From Candidatus Poribacteria bacterium (GTDB taxonomy: Bacteria; Poribacteria; WGA-4E; WGA-3G), in contig OZ253447.1 of NCBI GenBank assembly GCA_965261115.1, positions 1,977,656 through 2,041,655 on the forward strand: a DNA stretch of 64,000 nucleotides, read 5' to 3'. The translations under genes were made by a program, and so were the position numbers. The notes beneath the pieces are model-generated. The model was not told the DNA's origin. It made no database searches and was given only the letters and a program-made list of their open reading frames with translations. How positions within the stretch are numbered: the stretch's first letter is position 1; each line of letters begins with the position of its first letter. Positions 10,688 to 20,423 of the stretch are shown in pieces.

Positions 10688-12163
10688 TCAAATATCCATC
10701 CGAAAAAACCTCAAAAACGCCACGGTCGTTAACACAATCGCAAAGAAACAGAGCAGCAAGAGATCCAAAGCAGCATGCTGCAGCGTCTCTCCCAAAGTCG
10801 GTTCCACCAACGGCGGAGCCGGCATCGTAGACGGGATTGCCTCGATATCGTCGTGGCTAAAAGCACCCTCTGATATTTTGCTGAAAATTTCTGCATCAAG
10901 TGTTTCATAGTAGCGAGTACCCGTTTGGAAGTAGGCATTTTTTTTCGCCTGACCCGTTTGCGTCGCATCTGTAGCGAGGAAAATGAAGGAAGCCGTAGGC
11001 GTAATTCGGGAAAAATTCACACCGATTGTATCTTGGTATTTTCTCTCTCGCGCATAACGTCTATCGAGTTGCGTCGCGAGGTCCCGGTATTTTACCCGAG
11101 CCGCTTCTTCAAGCGGTGCCATCTTCTCATTCATTTTCTCTATATGTTCTGGCCCCATTGTAAAGACGGCAGTCCCGCCCTTCGGGGGGTTAGATTTCAG
11201 CATTTCAGACATCACTTCACTCATCATTTTGCCTCTTTCCGCGTCAAGACCGGCGCGCAATTCTTCCCGCCGCGCTGTTTTTTCCCTATAGACACTCTCC
11301 GCTGTTGAAGTCGGCGCGACGATCTGTGCCGCGAGAAACCCGACCCGCGGTAAGATGAGAACAACGAACACCCAGACAGTAAATGCAACAATAAGTGCTG
11401 TCTTAGAACTGTCAAAATAGATAGAGATCACCGCCCCCACCGCAAAAAAGACCGCAATATAGAGCAACGAGACGAAGATAAGGCAGAGGATACGCAGAAA
11501 AATGTCCGATTCAGCCAGCGGAAAGCCTTGCAAGACGAGCACGAGTAAACCGATGATGACCGACATTAAGAACGGAAGGATGAAGACAAAGTATCCACCG
11601 ATGAGTTTGCTCCACAAAAATATATCGCGGGGCAGCGCATTGGCGAGCGTTATCCGAAGCGTGCCGGCTTCTCTTTCCCCAGCAACCGCATCAAACGTAA
11701 ACAATAATGCCAGCAGACTAAAGACAGTACTGACGACAAACACAAAGTCGAGATGCCCCAAAAGAAAGGCGATCGGCGCAGTAGACAGCGACGCTTCGCC
11801 CCGCGTTATGCCGTTGCGTGTCATACCGAGATAACTCGGAAGCGCAGATTCTAAACCCGTCGCAAACACACTCAAAGGCGTCGGTTTAAGAATCAGTTTG
11901 GAAGCTTCAAAACTCGTATCTGTTGCCTTTGACCTAAATTTAAAGGCGGGCACGCCTCCCGATTCTTTACCATTTTCGTCTTTGGGAGTGTTTTCATCTT
12001 CGAGCGTTTCTTGTTCCTGATAATCAACTTGGCGTTTAAGATAATGATGGTAATTAATATGCAAATTAAGCGGTATAAGCAATACACACATCAGCAGAAG
12101 CGCAACAAACCGCGCACTCAAGATATGATGCATAATCTCTTTCTGAATTAACGTCATCAACAT
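10688..12163 (-). CDS. ABC-2 type transporter permease subunit
   Basis: FDAVAGEREAGTLRITLANALPRDIFLWSKLIG signature; several TM helices; likely ATG at 12163 (GAGG upstream) rather than 12211. Confidence 0.85.
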   Translation of the reverse strand: MLMTLIQKEIMHHILSARFVALLLMCVLLIPLNLHINYHHYLKRQVDYQEQETLEDENTPKDENGKESGGVPAFKFRSKATDTSFEASKLILKPTPLSVFATGLESALPSYLGMTRNGITRGEASLSTAPIAFLLGHLDFVFVVSTVFSLLALLFTFDAVAGEREAGTLRITLANALPRDIFLWSKLIGGYFVFILPFLMSVIIGLLVLVLQGFPLAESDIFLRILCLIFVSLLYIAVFFAVGAVISIYFDSSKTALIVAFTVWVFVVLILPRVGFLAAQIVAPTSTAESVYREKTARREELRAGLDAERGKMMSEVMSEMLKSNPPKGGTAVFTMGPEHIEKMNEKMAPLEEAARVKYRDLATQLDRRYARERKYQDTIGVNFSRITPTASFIFLATDATQTGQAKKNAYFQTGTRYYETLDAEIFSKISEGAFSHDDIEAIPSTMPAPPLVEPTLGETLQHAALDLLLLCFFAIVLTTVAFLRFFRMDI

Positions 12164-12280
12164 GACAGCAACCTCATTCTTTATGTAGAATAAACTGTTA
12201 GTTTGTTCCACATCACCACCATAGGTGTCAATTTAAAAAAATAATAGCCTTGATTCCCCAGGTCCGGTAGGTGCGGTTTG

Positions 12281-12396
12281 ATGAAGTTTAAGAAAATATT
12301 TCGGTAATTCTATATTTTCCCCAGGCCCGGTAGGTGCGGTTTGGAACCGCACCGGGCTTCACCAAGAAATTACCGAATTAAAAAGTTAATCTTCAT
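12281..12396. mobile_element. MITE family 2 in a REP loop
   Basis: GTGCGGTTTG|ATGAAGTTTAAG...GTTAATCTTCAT|AAACCGAAC; carries an internal REP. Confidence 0.75.
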
Positions 12397-12584
12397 AAAC
12401 CGAACCGGATCCTACGCGGAACCCTTGAAGCCTTCAAAAACCTCTTCAGTCCCGTAGGGGACGTTATGTTTATAGCAGCGTTTTCAAGCAAAAACCCAAG
12501 CCCCGTAGGGGCGGCATCTGTGTAGAAACTTGAATCCCGTACTGACGCTAAAAGGTTCCCAAACAAACCCAGCAAGCAACCATC

Positions 12585-13142
12585 CTATTCAATAACAACA
12601 TCAATGACAACACTGTCACCGAGATCTCCAAGATTAATTATGTCGCCTGAAAGACGGGCACCGTCTATCTCTATCCACTCGACTGTCCCAATAGAATCCA
12701 ACCCCTCAATTGACGATATCTTCCAAGAATCACCGAGCTGTTCCTGCAAAACATCAACAAAGGTATCATCTACAGCCGCTGTTGCATCCAAGTTCTCAGG
12801 GCGTGCAGCAAACGCCTCGTCTTCAAGTGCATCAAGGAAGTCCGAAAACTCATCAGGCGATGCTTCTGCTGTCTCCTTGTTGATTATCTCCGGTTCCGCT
12901 GCTTCCTGTTTCACAAACAGAGGTGCCTCGGTAGTTTCAAATATCACCGTCTTTCCGAAAGTTGTTTGTGCATCAAGATTTTCCGTCGGCTCCATTTTTT
13001 CTGGAATAGGTGCGGGCAGTTCACCGAGGGATTTCTCAAAACGTTGAAGATCCCACTTGGCATAAAAATAGATCCCGACACAAAGCACGGTCATCAAAAT
13101 AGCCGTACGCCCAAGAAGTTGCGAGTAATTCATATAGTTCAT
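12585..13142 (-). CDS. Hypothetical membrane-anchored acidic protein
   Basis: N-terminal TM AILMTVLCVGIYFYA, D/E-rich remainder; start probably ATG 13142 (GAGG upstream). Confidence 0.7.
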   Translation of the reverse strand: MNYMNYSQLLGRTAILMTVLCVGIYFYAKWDLQRFEKSLGELPAPIPEKMEPTENLDAQTTFGKTVIFETTEAPLFVKQEAAEPEIINKETAEASPDEFSDFLDALEDEAFAARPENLDATAAVDDTFVDVLQEQLGDSWKISSIEGLDSIGTVEWIEIDGARLSGDIINLGDLGDSVVIDVVIE

Positions 13143-13176
13143 AATTTGCCCTCTTTTCAAATTCACGTCTTTAGTT

Positions 13177-13220
13177 ATTAAAGACACAATTTTTCGCGAA
13201 AACCTTGCATAATTTTGAAA
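13177..13220 (-). promoter_or_regulatory. Candidate ECF-sigma promoter motif, copy 2
   Basis: Minus strand TTTCAAAATTA-TGCA-N20-GTCTTTAAT, about 35 nt before the ATG at 13142. Confidence 0.55.
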
Positions 13221-13591
13221 AATATAAAAAAAAATAGATTTTATGTAGCATAGGCTGTTAGCCTGTGCCAGTCTGAATGTCTGTTATAGGCATTCAGACT
13301 GTTTGAGAGTGCCCAATTAATTATAGATTTTACTGTAATCTAAGAATTAGCAAAATTGCTTGAAATTGTGGAGAGTTTTTCAGGTAGGAGGTAAAAATCC
13401 GAACGTTATATTGCGCAATTAAACCATTCTATTCACTCTGAAACAAGGTAGGCGTTATGGCATTTGGAAAGTTAAGCAGCATCCGAACAAGAGGTGAGGT
13501 CGCAACTTCCGCTAACAGAAAGTGGGAAAAGGCATAGAGAAACTAAAATGCGGAAATTTGAATCAAGAAACGGGTATTTAGGAAACAGGCT

Positions 13592-16500
13592 TTACAATCC
13601 TTCTTCAAGTGGGATATGAAACAGCCCGCGCCGTCCGGTGGAAATGTAAAGTCTATCGTCACTAACGACAAGAGAAGCAACTGCACTCGGGACACCTGGA
13701 GCAATCTGTTTCCACTTGCCGCGATCATCCAAGCGATAGATCCCCGTATCACCCGCACCATAAACGCTCGTATGATCGACAGCGAACCTCTCTATCACGA
13801 TACGCGCTTCCATCTCATCGGTTAGCACGCGCCAATGTTCGCCGGTTCGCGAACTCAAGACCCCTTTGTCCGTTGCGACGTAAACCGTTGAACCCGCAAA
13901 AGCTATCTCTTTGAAACGGGTAAACCGAAATGGAAGGTTTGGTGTAATGTCTTTCCAGCTATCCCCCTTATCAAGCGATTGAAACAGTTTACCATCCCGC
14001 TTTCCCACGTAGACATTTTCCGCCGAAGCGGCTAACGCAAACCCATTTCTCAAGCCCCGAGTTGACTGTTTACCGAGATCTATTAACCCAGTGTTTGTCC
14101 ATTTTGAATCGCCAAATTTCCATTTGAAAAGCCCTCGCAGGTGCTCCACATAGAATACTTCGTCACTGGCAGCAAATCCACCCACTCTTGCAGAGGTTGT
14201 AATACCGCGTAATCTTTGCGTCAACTTAGGATTCTTCCCTATGTTATCAGGTAAGTGGATTCCTTCCGCCTTCGCAACAGCAGGCACCAGTGCGATGGAC
14301 AGCATCTCTCGACCAAAAGAGGGCATTTCTTGCACTCGAACGAGGGCATTACCGTCTGTAGATAGACCGAAAATACGTAGATTATCTTTTTCAGCCGAGA
14401 TCCAATACAGCCTTCCGTCTGCAACAACCAACCTTGAATCAGCAGAGAAATTAATGCGAAAATGCTGCTTTTCTATCCGTTCGCCGGTATCAATGCGCAG
14501 GCTTTCCCACGACTCACCACCGTCAGTCGATTGGACAACATTACGACCGGTAGGCACATAGAGCCTATTGTTGAACGCTACCAAATTCTTTATCTTCGTT
14601 CCTACCATCCCATTCATAAATAGGTGCCACGAGTCACCCGCATCAATTGTTTGATAAACACCGAGTGTCCCAACTGTGTAAAAAGTCTTTTCATTCACTG
14701 CTACGCTTCGCGAATTATTATGCGGAAGCAAATTTGCATTGACCCCAAGATTGGTCCAAGTTTCTCCGGCATCTGTTGAGCGAAATCGTTGGATACCTTG
14801 TGCTAAAACCGTTTTACCAGCAACCGAAAACTTTATTCCAAAGGGTGCTATAAAAGAGAGAGGTTCATTCTTAGGCGTAATCTCAGTCCATGATTCACCC
14901 AAGTCGGTTGAGTGGAAGATCCTGCCGCGTGGTAGGTTTCCACCCATCCCGACTCCCGATAGTCCAGGTTCAGACGATTTCCCCAAAAACAGGTCTGGAC
15001 CCATTCCAACATAGAGACTGTTTTCAAAGGCTGTCAAGGAAAGAACAGCATCGAAGGTTGCCACGGGTCTCTGCTCCCAAACACCAGAATTGACGCGATG
15101 GAAATCAATGTGTGCGTTAGCAATCACCTTATTCTCAAGGGATTGGGGGGTTATTGGCACTTCCTTCCAAACACCAGCGTTAAAATGGTAGAGTCCCTCG
15201 TTTGTACCAATAAACATTGTGTTTTCAACCGCAGCCACCGCGTAAATGCGTTTGTCTGTCAATCCTTCGTTAAGAGGGTCCCACTGTCCATCTATAGCCG
15301 TAGATCGGAAAACGCCTTTATCTTGAAACGCGAGATACATCGTAATATCCGCTTGTGAACTGACACCCTGTATTTCATCCATGATAATGAGTCCAACAGA
15401 GCGTCCCTTTGGACGAGGACAAAAAACATTCCACGTCTCACCATTATCGGTTGAAGCGAAGATTGCATCAGTAGAGACAATATAGAGGGTGTCCTTATGC
15501 GCTGCTATAGGCACATGAAAGCTTCCTATTGGGATATTGGTATCAATACGTGTCCACGCAGGCGAACCCACTGACAATCTATAGATACCTGTGGGTGTAG
15601 CAGCATAAAGTATCCCTTCTGATGTCGCAAAAATGTTGAAGACATCGCTACCCTGGGGACCAGTTGCCTGTGTCCACTGTGACGTGGAAAGTATGCGAGA
15701 ATCCCTCTGCACATCAGATGTCAGAAGTGTCTCGGCATCCCGCAAACCGGTATTATTTTTTTTATCAATGGTTCCAGCACGCCCGATTTGATTTCGCACA
15801 TCCGGTTTTGAATCCATATCAAGAATGACACCGGTATCAACGATTTCAATTGTGGGTTCAGATGTTGCCTCAAAACTATAAGGTTTCTGAAAACGAACGA
15901 GGTAACGATTGCTCATACCCAGTAGCAGCAGAATCAAAATCGTAGCTGCACCCAAAGCTGCCCACGGGAGGAATGGCTTCGGAGCTAAAGGCGATGTTGG
16001 GTTTATATCGGTAATTTGTCGCATGATGTTCTGACTTAAATCCGCCGATACCTGCACGCCGCTGAGAACTTCATGAACCAAGAGTTCTTGTTCCTTTTGT
16101 AAACGCTTTCGCGCGCGCTGAAGTCGACTCGTAATCGTGTTCGCCGACACACCTAAAAAATTGCCAATCTCCTTTGTTGTCATTTCACCGAGATAATAGA
16201 GGGTCATTACTGTCCGTTCACTCTCCGGTAGTTTTTTCAGAAGTTTTTTGACGAGTTCAGCGTTGTACGCATTCGCTTCCGTTTCGCGTTGTTCCGATAC
16301 ATAATGCGTATGAGATGACTCTTCTATTTCTTCCATAGGTGTGTCCTCCAGCGATTGCATCGTAGGTTTTCTCTTTCGGAGCCAAGCGATACAAACCCGA
16401 TTCGCAATGACATACAGCCATCCAGCAAACTGACTCGGCTCCTTGAGCGTCGAGAGTTTTCTGTATACTTGGAGAAAGGTGTCTTGCGTAATTTCTTCAG

Positions 16501-16633
16501 CATGATGAAAATCTCCAATCTTCCGCCATGCAAGCGCGTGAACACTCTTTTGATATTTTTCAACTAAAGTATTGAAGGCAGCGTCGTCACCCGCTAAAAT
16601 TTCGTGAATCAGTTGAACATCGTCTCTCTCCAT
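13592..16633 (-). CDS. ECF sigma-70 factor fused to a TM helix and BNR/Asp-box propeller region (paralogue of 7044..9992)
   Basis: Same architecture; similar over the full length, e.g. VYVGKRDGxLFQSLDxGxSWKDITPNLP. Confidence 0.9.
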   Translation of the reverse strand: MERDDVQLIHEILAGDDAAFNTLVEKYQKSVHALAWRKIGDFHHAEEITQDTFLQVYRKLSTLKEPSQFAGWLYVIANRVCIAWLRKRKPTMQSLEDTPMEEIEESSHTHYVSEQRETEANAYNAELVKKLLKKLPESERTVMTLYYLGEMTTKEIGNFLGVSANTITSRLQRARKRLQKEQELLVHEVLSGVQVSADLSQNIMRQITDINPTSPLAPKPFLPWAALGAATILILLLLGMSNRYLVRFQKPYSFEATSEPTIEIVDTGVILDMDSKPDVRNQIGRAGTIDKKNNTGLRDAETLLTSDVQRDSRILSTSQWTQATGPQGSDVFNIFATSEGILYAATPTGIYRLSVGSPAWTRIDTNIPIGSFHVPIAAHKDTLYIVSTDAIFASTDNGETWNVFCPRPKGRSVGLIIMDEIQGVSSQADITMYLAFQDKGVFRSTAIDGQWDPLNEGLTDKRIYAVAAVENTMFIGTNEGLYHFNAGVWKEVPITPQSLENKVIANAHIDFHRVNSGVWEQRPVATFDAVLSLTAFENSLYVGMGPDLFLGKSSEPGLSGVGMGGNLPRGRIFHSTDLGESWTEITPKNEPLSFIAPFGIKFSVAGKTVLAQGIQRFRSTDAGETWTNLGVNANLLPHNNSRSVAVNEKTFYTVGTLGVYQTIDAGDSWHLFMNGMVGTKIKNLVAFNNRLYVPTGRNVVQSTDGGESWESLRIDTGERIEKQHFRINFSADSRLVVADGRLYWISAEKDNLRIFGLSTDGNALVRVQEMPSFGREMLSIALVPAVAKAEGIHLPDNIGKNPKLTQRLRGITTSARVGGFAASDEVFYVEHLRGLFKWKFGDSKWTNTGLIDLGKQSTRGLRNGFALAASAENVYVGKRDGKLFQSLDKGDSWKDITPNLPFRFTRFKEIAFAGSTVYVATDKGVLSSRTGEHWRVLTDEMEARIVIERFAVDHTSVYGAGDTGIYRLDDRGKWKQIAPGVPSAVASLVVSDDRLYISTGRRGLFHIPLEEGL

Positions 16634-16895
16634 CAGGACCCTCCGTAATAAGAATATATCCTATCGTGCTACAAAACCTCTATGGATAACCCAAGTTGCC
16701 ACTAACAGATTTTGCACATTTCAGAAAGGTTTTCAACCTCTTTCCCCACCCCAGAGGGGTGATATATCTATAGAAAATGGTGTATTTACGCGATCGCACT
16801 CCAGCGGAGGGCTATGTGAGTAAATACGTTTCGTTGATTATCACGCTTTGGGCCGGAGTCCCCCGGCTTTAGGCAGTGAGGCTCTGGTTATTGGT

Positions 16896-17417
16896 TTATC
16901 TACTTAAGTTTATCCACTTAACGGGGAATTTCTTCTTGAGATTACCATTGAAGATTAAAAATTTTAAACCGGTTGTATGATCCTTAGTTTCCTGTAATGC
17001 GGACTTTTTACGTTTTAGCAGTTTAGCATACTTTGATGGATTAATATCGGTCAACATTTGGACTTCAATTTCAAGAATTCGGTTCAGATCCTGAAGGTCT
17101 GTTTCGTTATCCCACAACATGGCTTGATAGATTTTTACCCATTCTTCTTTGAGCGGGTGCGCGCCGTAGTAGAGACTCCCTATTTCTCTGAGAATCCCTA
17201 TACCCGTGCTCGGTGTTACCTTTTCAAGGGCATTATACATCTCCCAAAGTTCCCGAATCCGTTGATTCTTGTGGGCATCGCGTTCAACTTCAAGTTCAGC
17301 GATAGTGGGGATGGTAACCTCGTCTGCGTCGGGTTCGGTGATAGATGTGTCGTCAGGACCGCATCCGAAAAAAACTGCCTGCAAACAGATAAGATAAATA
17401 AAAAGTTTCGTGTTCAT
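16896..17417 (-). CDS. Hypothetical lipoprotein
   Basis: MNTKLFIYLICLQAVFFG-C lipobox; AGGAG RBS before ATG 17417. Confidence 0.7.
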   Translation of the reverse strand: MNTKLFIYLICLQAVFFGCGPDDTSITEPDADEVTIPTIAELEVERDAHKNQRIRELWEMYNALEKVTPSTGIGILREIGSLYYGAHPLKEEWVKIYQAMLWDNETDLQDLNRILEIEVQMLTDINPSKYAKLLKRKKSALQETKDHTTGLKFLIFNGNLKKKFPVKWINLSR

Positions 17418-17465
17418 CGGAATCTCCTTTCCGGTGGTGTTTGCGAAAGAGAAGGATTTCAAGCC

Positions 17466-17723
17466 TTATTGCTGCTGATTGCAGTCTAACGGATGTGGCT
17501 TGTGTCCCTCCTCAAGATGAAATATGAGGCGCCCGTGACTCTTCAAACCAACGTCAACGATATGACCGTCAGCATTTCTTGTAATGGTAGCTTCAACGTC
17601 AATACAATCATGGACAGCGTCCGCCGGATTCTCGCGCAGCGGCAAAACCAGTGTGAGGATTGCCGCGAGTAGACCTATGAGTAGTAGTGTTACTATGGAA
17701 CCGAGTACTTTCTTATTTTTCAT
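17466..17723 (-). CDS. Small membrane-anchored His/Cys-containing protein (85 aa)
   Basis: GGAGG RBS, MKNKK plus hydrophobic helix, then HDC...HGRLIFHLEEGHKPHPLDC. Confidence 0.6.
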   Translation of the reverse strand: MKNKKVLGSIVTLLLIGLLAAILTLVLPLRENPADAVHDCIDVEATITRNADGHIVDVGLKSHGRLIFHLEEGHKPHPLDCNQQQ

Positions 17724-18160
17724 GGGATATACCTCCAAAAAACAAAACCCTAAACAGGTGTATTTGATATCGCGAATGCAGAGCAAGAGCAGTTCGTATT
17801 CGCGACGTGATTTTACTGAAATACCGCTATTACCAGCAGGTGAATGGATGATTGTCTCTGTCCAACTATAATTGCCCTAACGCCAATAACATTCCCATTA
17901 TACGTATCTGGAAAAGAAACCCTCACTGAACCTACGAGAACCTCAGGAGATCAATGTTTACTTTCCAATGCCTTAAAGATACCGAAATTACTATTTAGGA
18001 CTTACACAGTTCCGTTTTAAAGTCCCCCATAAGTGTCAATTTTAGAAAAATAACCGCCTCAGACCCAGGTCCAGTAGGTTCGGTTTCCTAACCGAACCGG
18101 ATACGACGCTGAAACCTTGAAAACTCTGAAAACCTCTTCAGTCCTGTAAGGACGGAATGT

Positions 18161-19582
18161 TCAACCCGCGTTTAGGGCGGGTGGCACCTCAGCAAGGGAA
18201 TACGCTTGCGCTTTCGCACCAGTTTGTCGTTGATACCATTTCATCCATTCCGCGCCTTCTTTTGCAGCACCTTTTACTGTGCCTCTTGCTTCTTGGTAAC
18301 AGGAGATGAGAGCAGGTATAATCACAAAAAGGATCGGCATAGAAGCGAGAAAATCGCCATATATGAAAATAAAGGCGAGAAACCAGCACGCCAAATGAAC
18401 TATAAGAGACATCGGATGGTGTGCCATGAATTGCAGGGTCTTTTGTGCAATCTTGAAATAAGAATCGGCTTGCGCGTTTTTCGATGGTGGCGGTTCCTCA
18501 AAAGTGTCTCCCTGTCTTATCGTTTCCTGTTGCCCTTGATACCACAGCATCCACACTCGTTGTCTATCGGCAATGCCTTTCAGGTTGCCCCTCGCCTCTC
18601 GGTAACTAATCACGAAAACAATAAGAGCGATCCAAGGTAGCATTTCTCCAAACATACCTATTAACTCAAACATTTCAAAAATATCGTCAGGAACTTTTCG
18701 TGGCGGGAGCGTCGTGAAGAATAGAAACGCGTACCCCGCAATCCAACACACAAGATGAAGAATAAAAGGCTTCAGGTTACGAACCATAAAAGATAGGGTC
18801 TCTGGAATCTCCCCAAAATAAGAATAAGCCTTCATATTTTCCGATGATGGTGGCTCTTCAAAAGCACCTTCCTGAGCAATCGTTTTGATGTGTCGGGCGT
18901 ACCACTTCGTCCAGATGCCTCTCTCTATCGCGACACCTTTCAGGTTGCTTCTCGCCTCTCGGTAACTAAGCACAAGCGTGAATATAGCCGCGGGGATAAC
19001 GATTTCGGGAAGTGAACGCACAAAATTGGTTGGGTCAAATAGCACAGGAAGCGCGGACAGCGTAAACCAACATACGAAATGACCGATTAGGAGGGACGGG
19101 TGCCGAAGCATAAATAGCACTGTTTTTCGTGCGGATATGAAATAGGTGCCGCCCGGTATATATTCTGATGACGGTGGTGTCTCGTAAGTGCCCCGCTCAG
19201 CCTTTACTAACTGTTGTCGCTCGTACCACTGCATCCACACTTTTCGCTCTGTTGTAATACCGTTTCGGCTGCCCCTTGCCTCTCTATAACTAAATGCAAG
19301 TGCCAGAGGGATAACAATCATGAAAACGCCATAATGGAAATGGAAATCCCTGACGACTTCCTCAACAATGAGTGAAAAGGCTGTAACTAATTTCCAGAGG
19401 GACCCAGGTAAATCCGCAAAGGTTCCGTTTGCTGCCTCAACCGCATCTGGTAATACACCGTATACAAAAAGATCATCTGACATGGTAATTGAGGCAGAGA
19501 CCAATATGCCACAGGCAAGCGTATAGACGATAAAAGACATAGGGTTCCAAAGCATAAATAACAACGCCTGTCGGGTTTTCAT
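18161..19582 (-). CDS. Hypothetical membrane protein made of four ~110-aa repeats
   Basis: (S/C)Y(R/Q)EARG..KG......W..WY..Q motif occurs four times, each preceded by two hydrophobic segments. Confidence 0.8.
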   Translation of the reverse strand: MKTRQALLFMLWNPMSFIVYTLACGILVSASITMSDDLFVYGVLPDAVEAANGTFADLPGSLWKLVTAFSLIVEEVVRDFHFHYGVFMIVIPLALAFSYREARGSRNGITTERKVWMQWYERQQLVKAERGTYETPPSSEYIPGGTYFISARKTVLFMLRHPSLLIGHFVCWFTLSALPVLFDPTNFVRSLPEIVIPAAIFTLVLSYREARSNLKGVAIERGIWTKWYARHIKTIAQEGAFEEPPSSENMKAYSYFGEIPETLSFMVRNLKPFILHLVCWIAGYAFLFFTTLPPRKVPDDIFEMFELIGMFGEMLPWIALIVFVISYREARGNLKGIADRQRVWMLWYQGQQETIRQGDTFEEPPPSKNAQADSYFKIAQKTLQFMAHHPMSLIVHLACWFLAFIFIYGDFLASMPILFVIIPALISCYQEARGTVKGAAKEGAEWMKWYQRQTGAKAQAYSLAEVPPALNAG

Positions 19583-19631
19583 AATATATCCTTATATGCA
19601 AGATTTTTCTCAAAATCGTATTTCGCACCTG

Positions 19632-20414
19632 TTAATAAATGCGGAACAATGGCGGAGACACGCCAAAAGGGACACCTTGTGCTTTCGCTTCTTGTTGTTG
19701 GCAATACCACTCCGCCCACGCCTGTTGTACTTTGGCTACGCCTTTCACAGTACCTCTCGTTTCTTGGTAACTGGAAATGAGACCGAATATAGCAGCAACT
19801 ATAGCGAGAAAAGATACAACCGACAAAAAATTGCGAACGAAGTTCTCTGCTGTCCGAACCACATCAGCAAGATCTGGAAGTACTGTTATAAGGATTAGTA
19901 AAAAGCAAGTAAGGAGCCAGCATAAGAAGTGAATGAGGGGTAACATCGGGTTGCGAATCATGAATAACAGTGTTTTTCGTGCTTTCCTGAAATAGGAGTT
20001 GACTCGCATATTTTTCAATGGGGGTGCGGGTTCCACGAAATTGTCGCCTGCTGCTGTCGCTTCCTGTTGTTGACCGTGCCATTCCATCCATATCCGATGC
20101 TCATCACCAATGCCTTTTAGATTGCCAATTGCCTCTCGGTAACAGATAAGGAAAGGCGGCATAACGACAAGAACCCAAAATCCAGTTCTCGTTAAATCTT
20201 CTACAATTTCGTCCCAAATAATTGAGGCAGCTTTTCGATAATCGCCGATAGACACAGGCGGTTCCACAATTTTAACAACGTAGGGCCACGTCCCTTCTAT
20301 GAATGGATCGTCCGTCACGATGCCCCAAGCAGCGAGCAAAAACCAACACGTCAAATGAACGATGAGAGGTATTGGATTCCGAAACATGAACAACAACGTT
20401 TCTAAGACCTTCAT
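19632..20414 (-). CDS. Hypothetical membrane protein with two copies of the same repeat
   Basis: CYREAIGNLKGI...WMEWHGQQQE and SYQETRGTVKGV...WAEWYCQQQE; FMxRxPxxLxxHLxCW motif. Confidence 0.8.
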   Translation of the reverse strand: MKVLETLLFMFRNPIPLIVHLTCWFLLAAWGIVTDDPFIEGTWPYVVKIVEPPVSIGDYRKAASIIWDEIVEDLTRTGFWVLVVMPPFLICYREAIGNLKGIGDEHRIWMEWHGQQQEATAAGDNFVEPAPPLKNMRVNSYFRKARKTLLFMIRNPMLPLIHFLCWLLTCFLLILITVLPDLADVVRTAENFVRNFLSVVSFLAIVAAIFGLISSYQETRGTVKGVAKVQQAWAEWYCQQQEAKAQGVPFGVSPPLFRIY

Positions 20415-20423
20415 AACACCACC

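Noticed and set aside
7044-16633. Diversity-generating retroelement or shufflon explaining the paralogous sensor domains
   Set aside because: No reverse transcriptase or recombinase gene, and no adenine-specific template/variable repeat pair visible.
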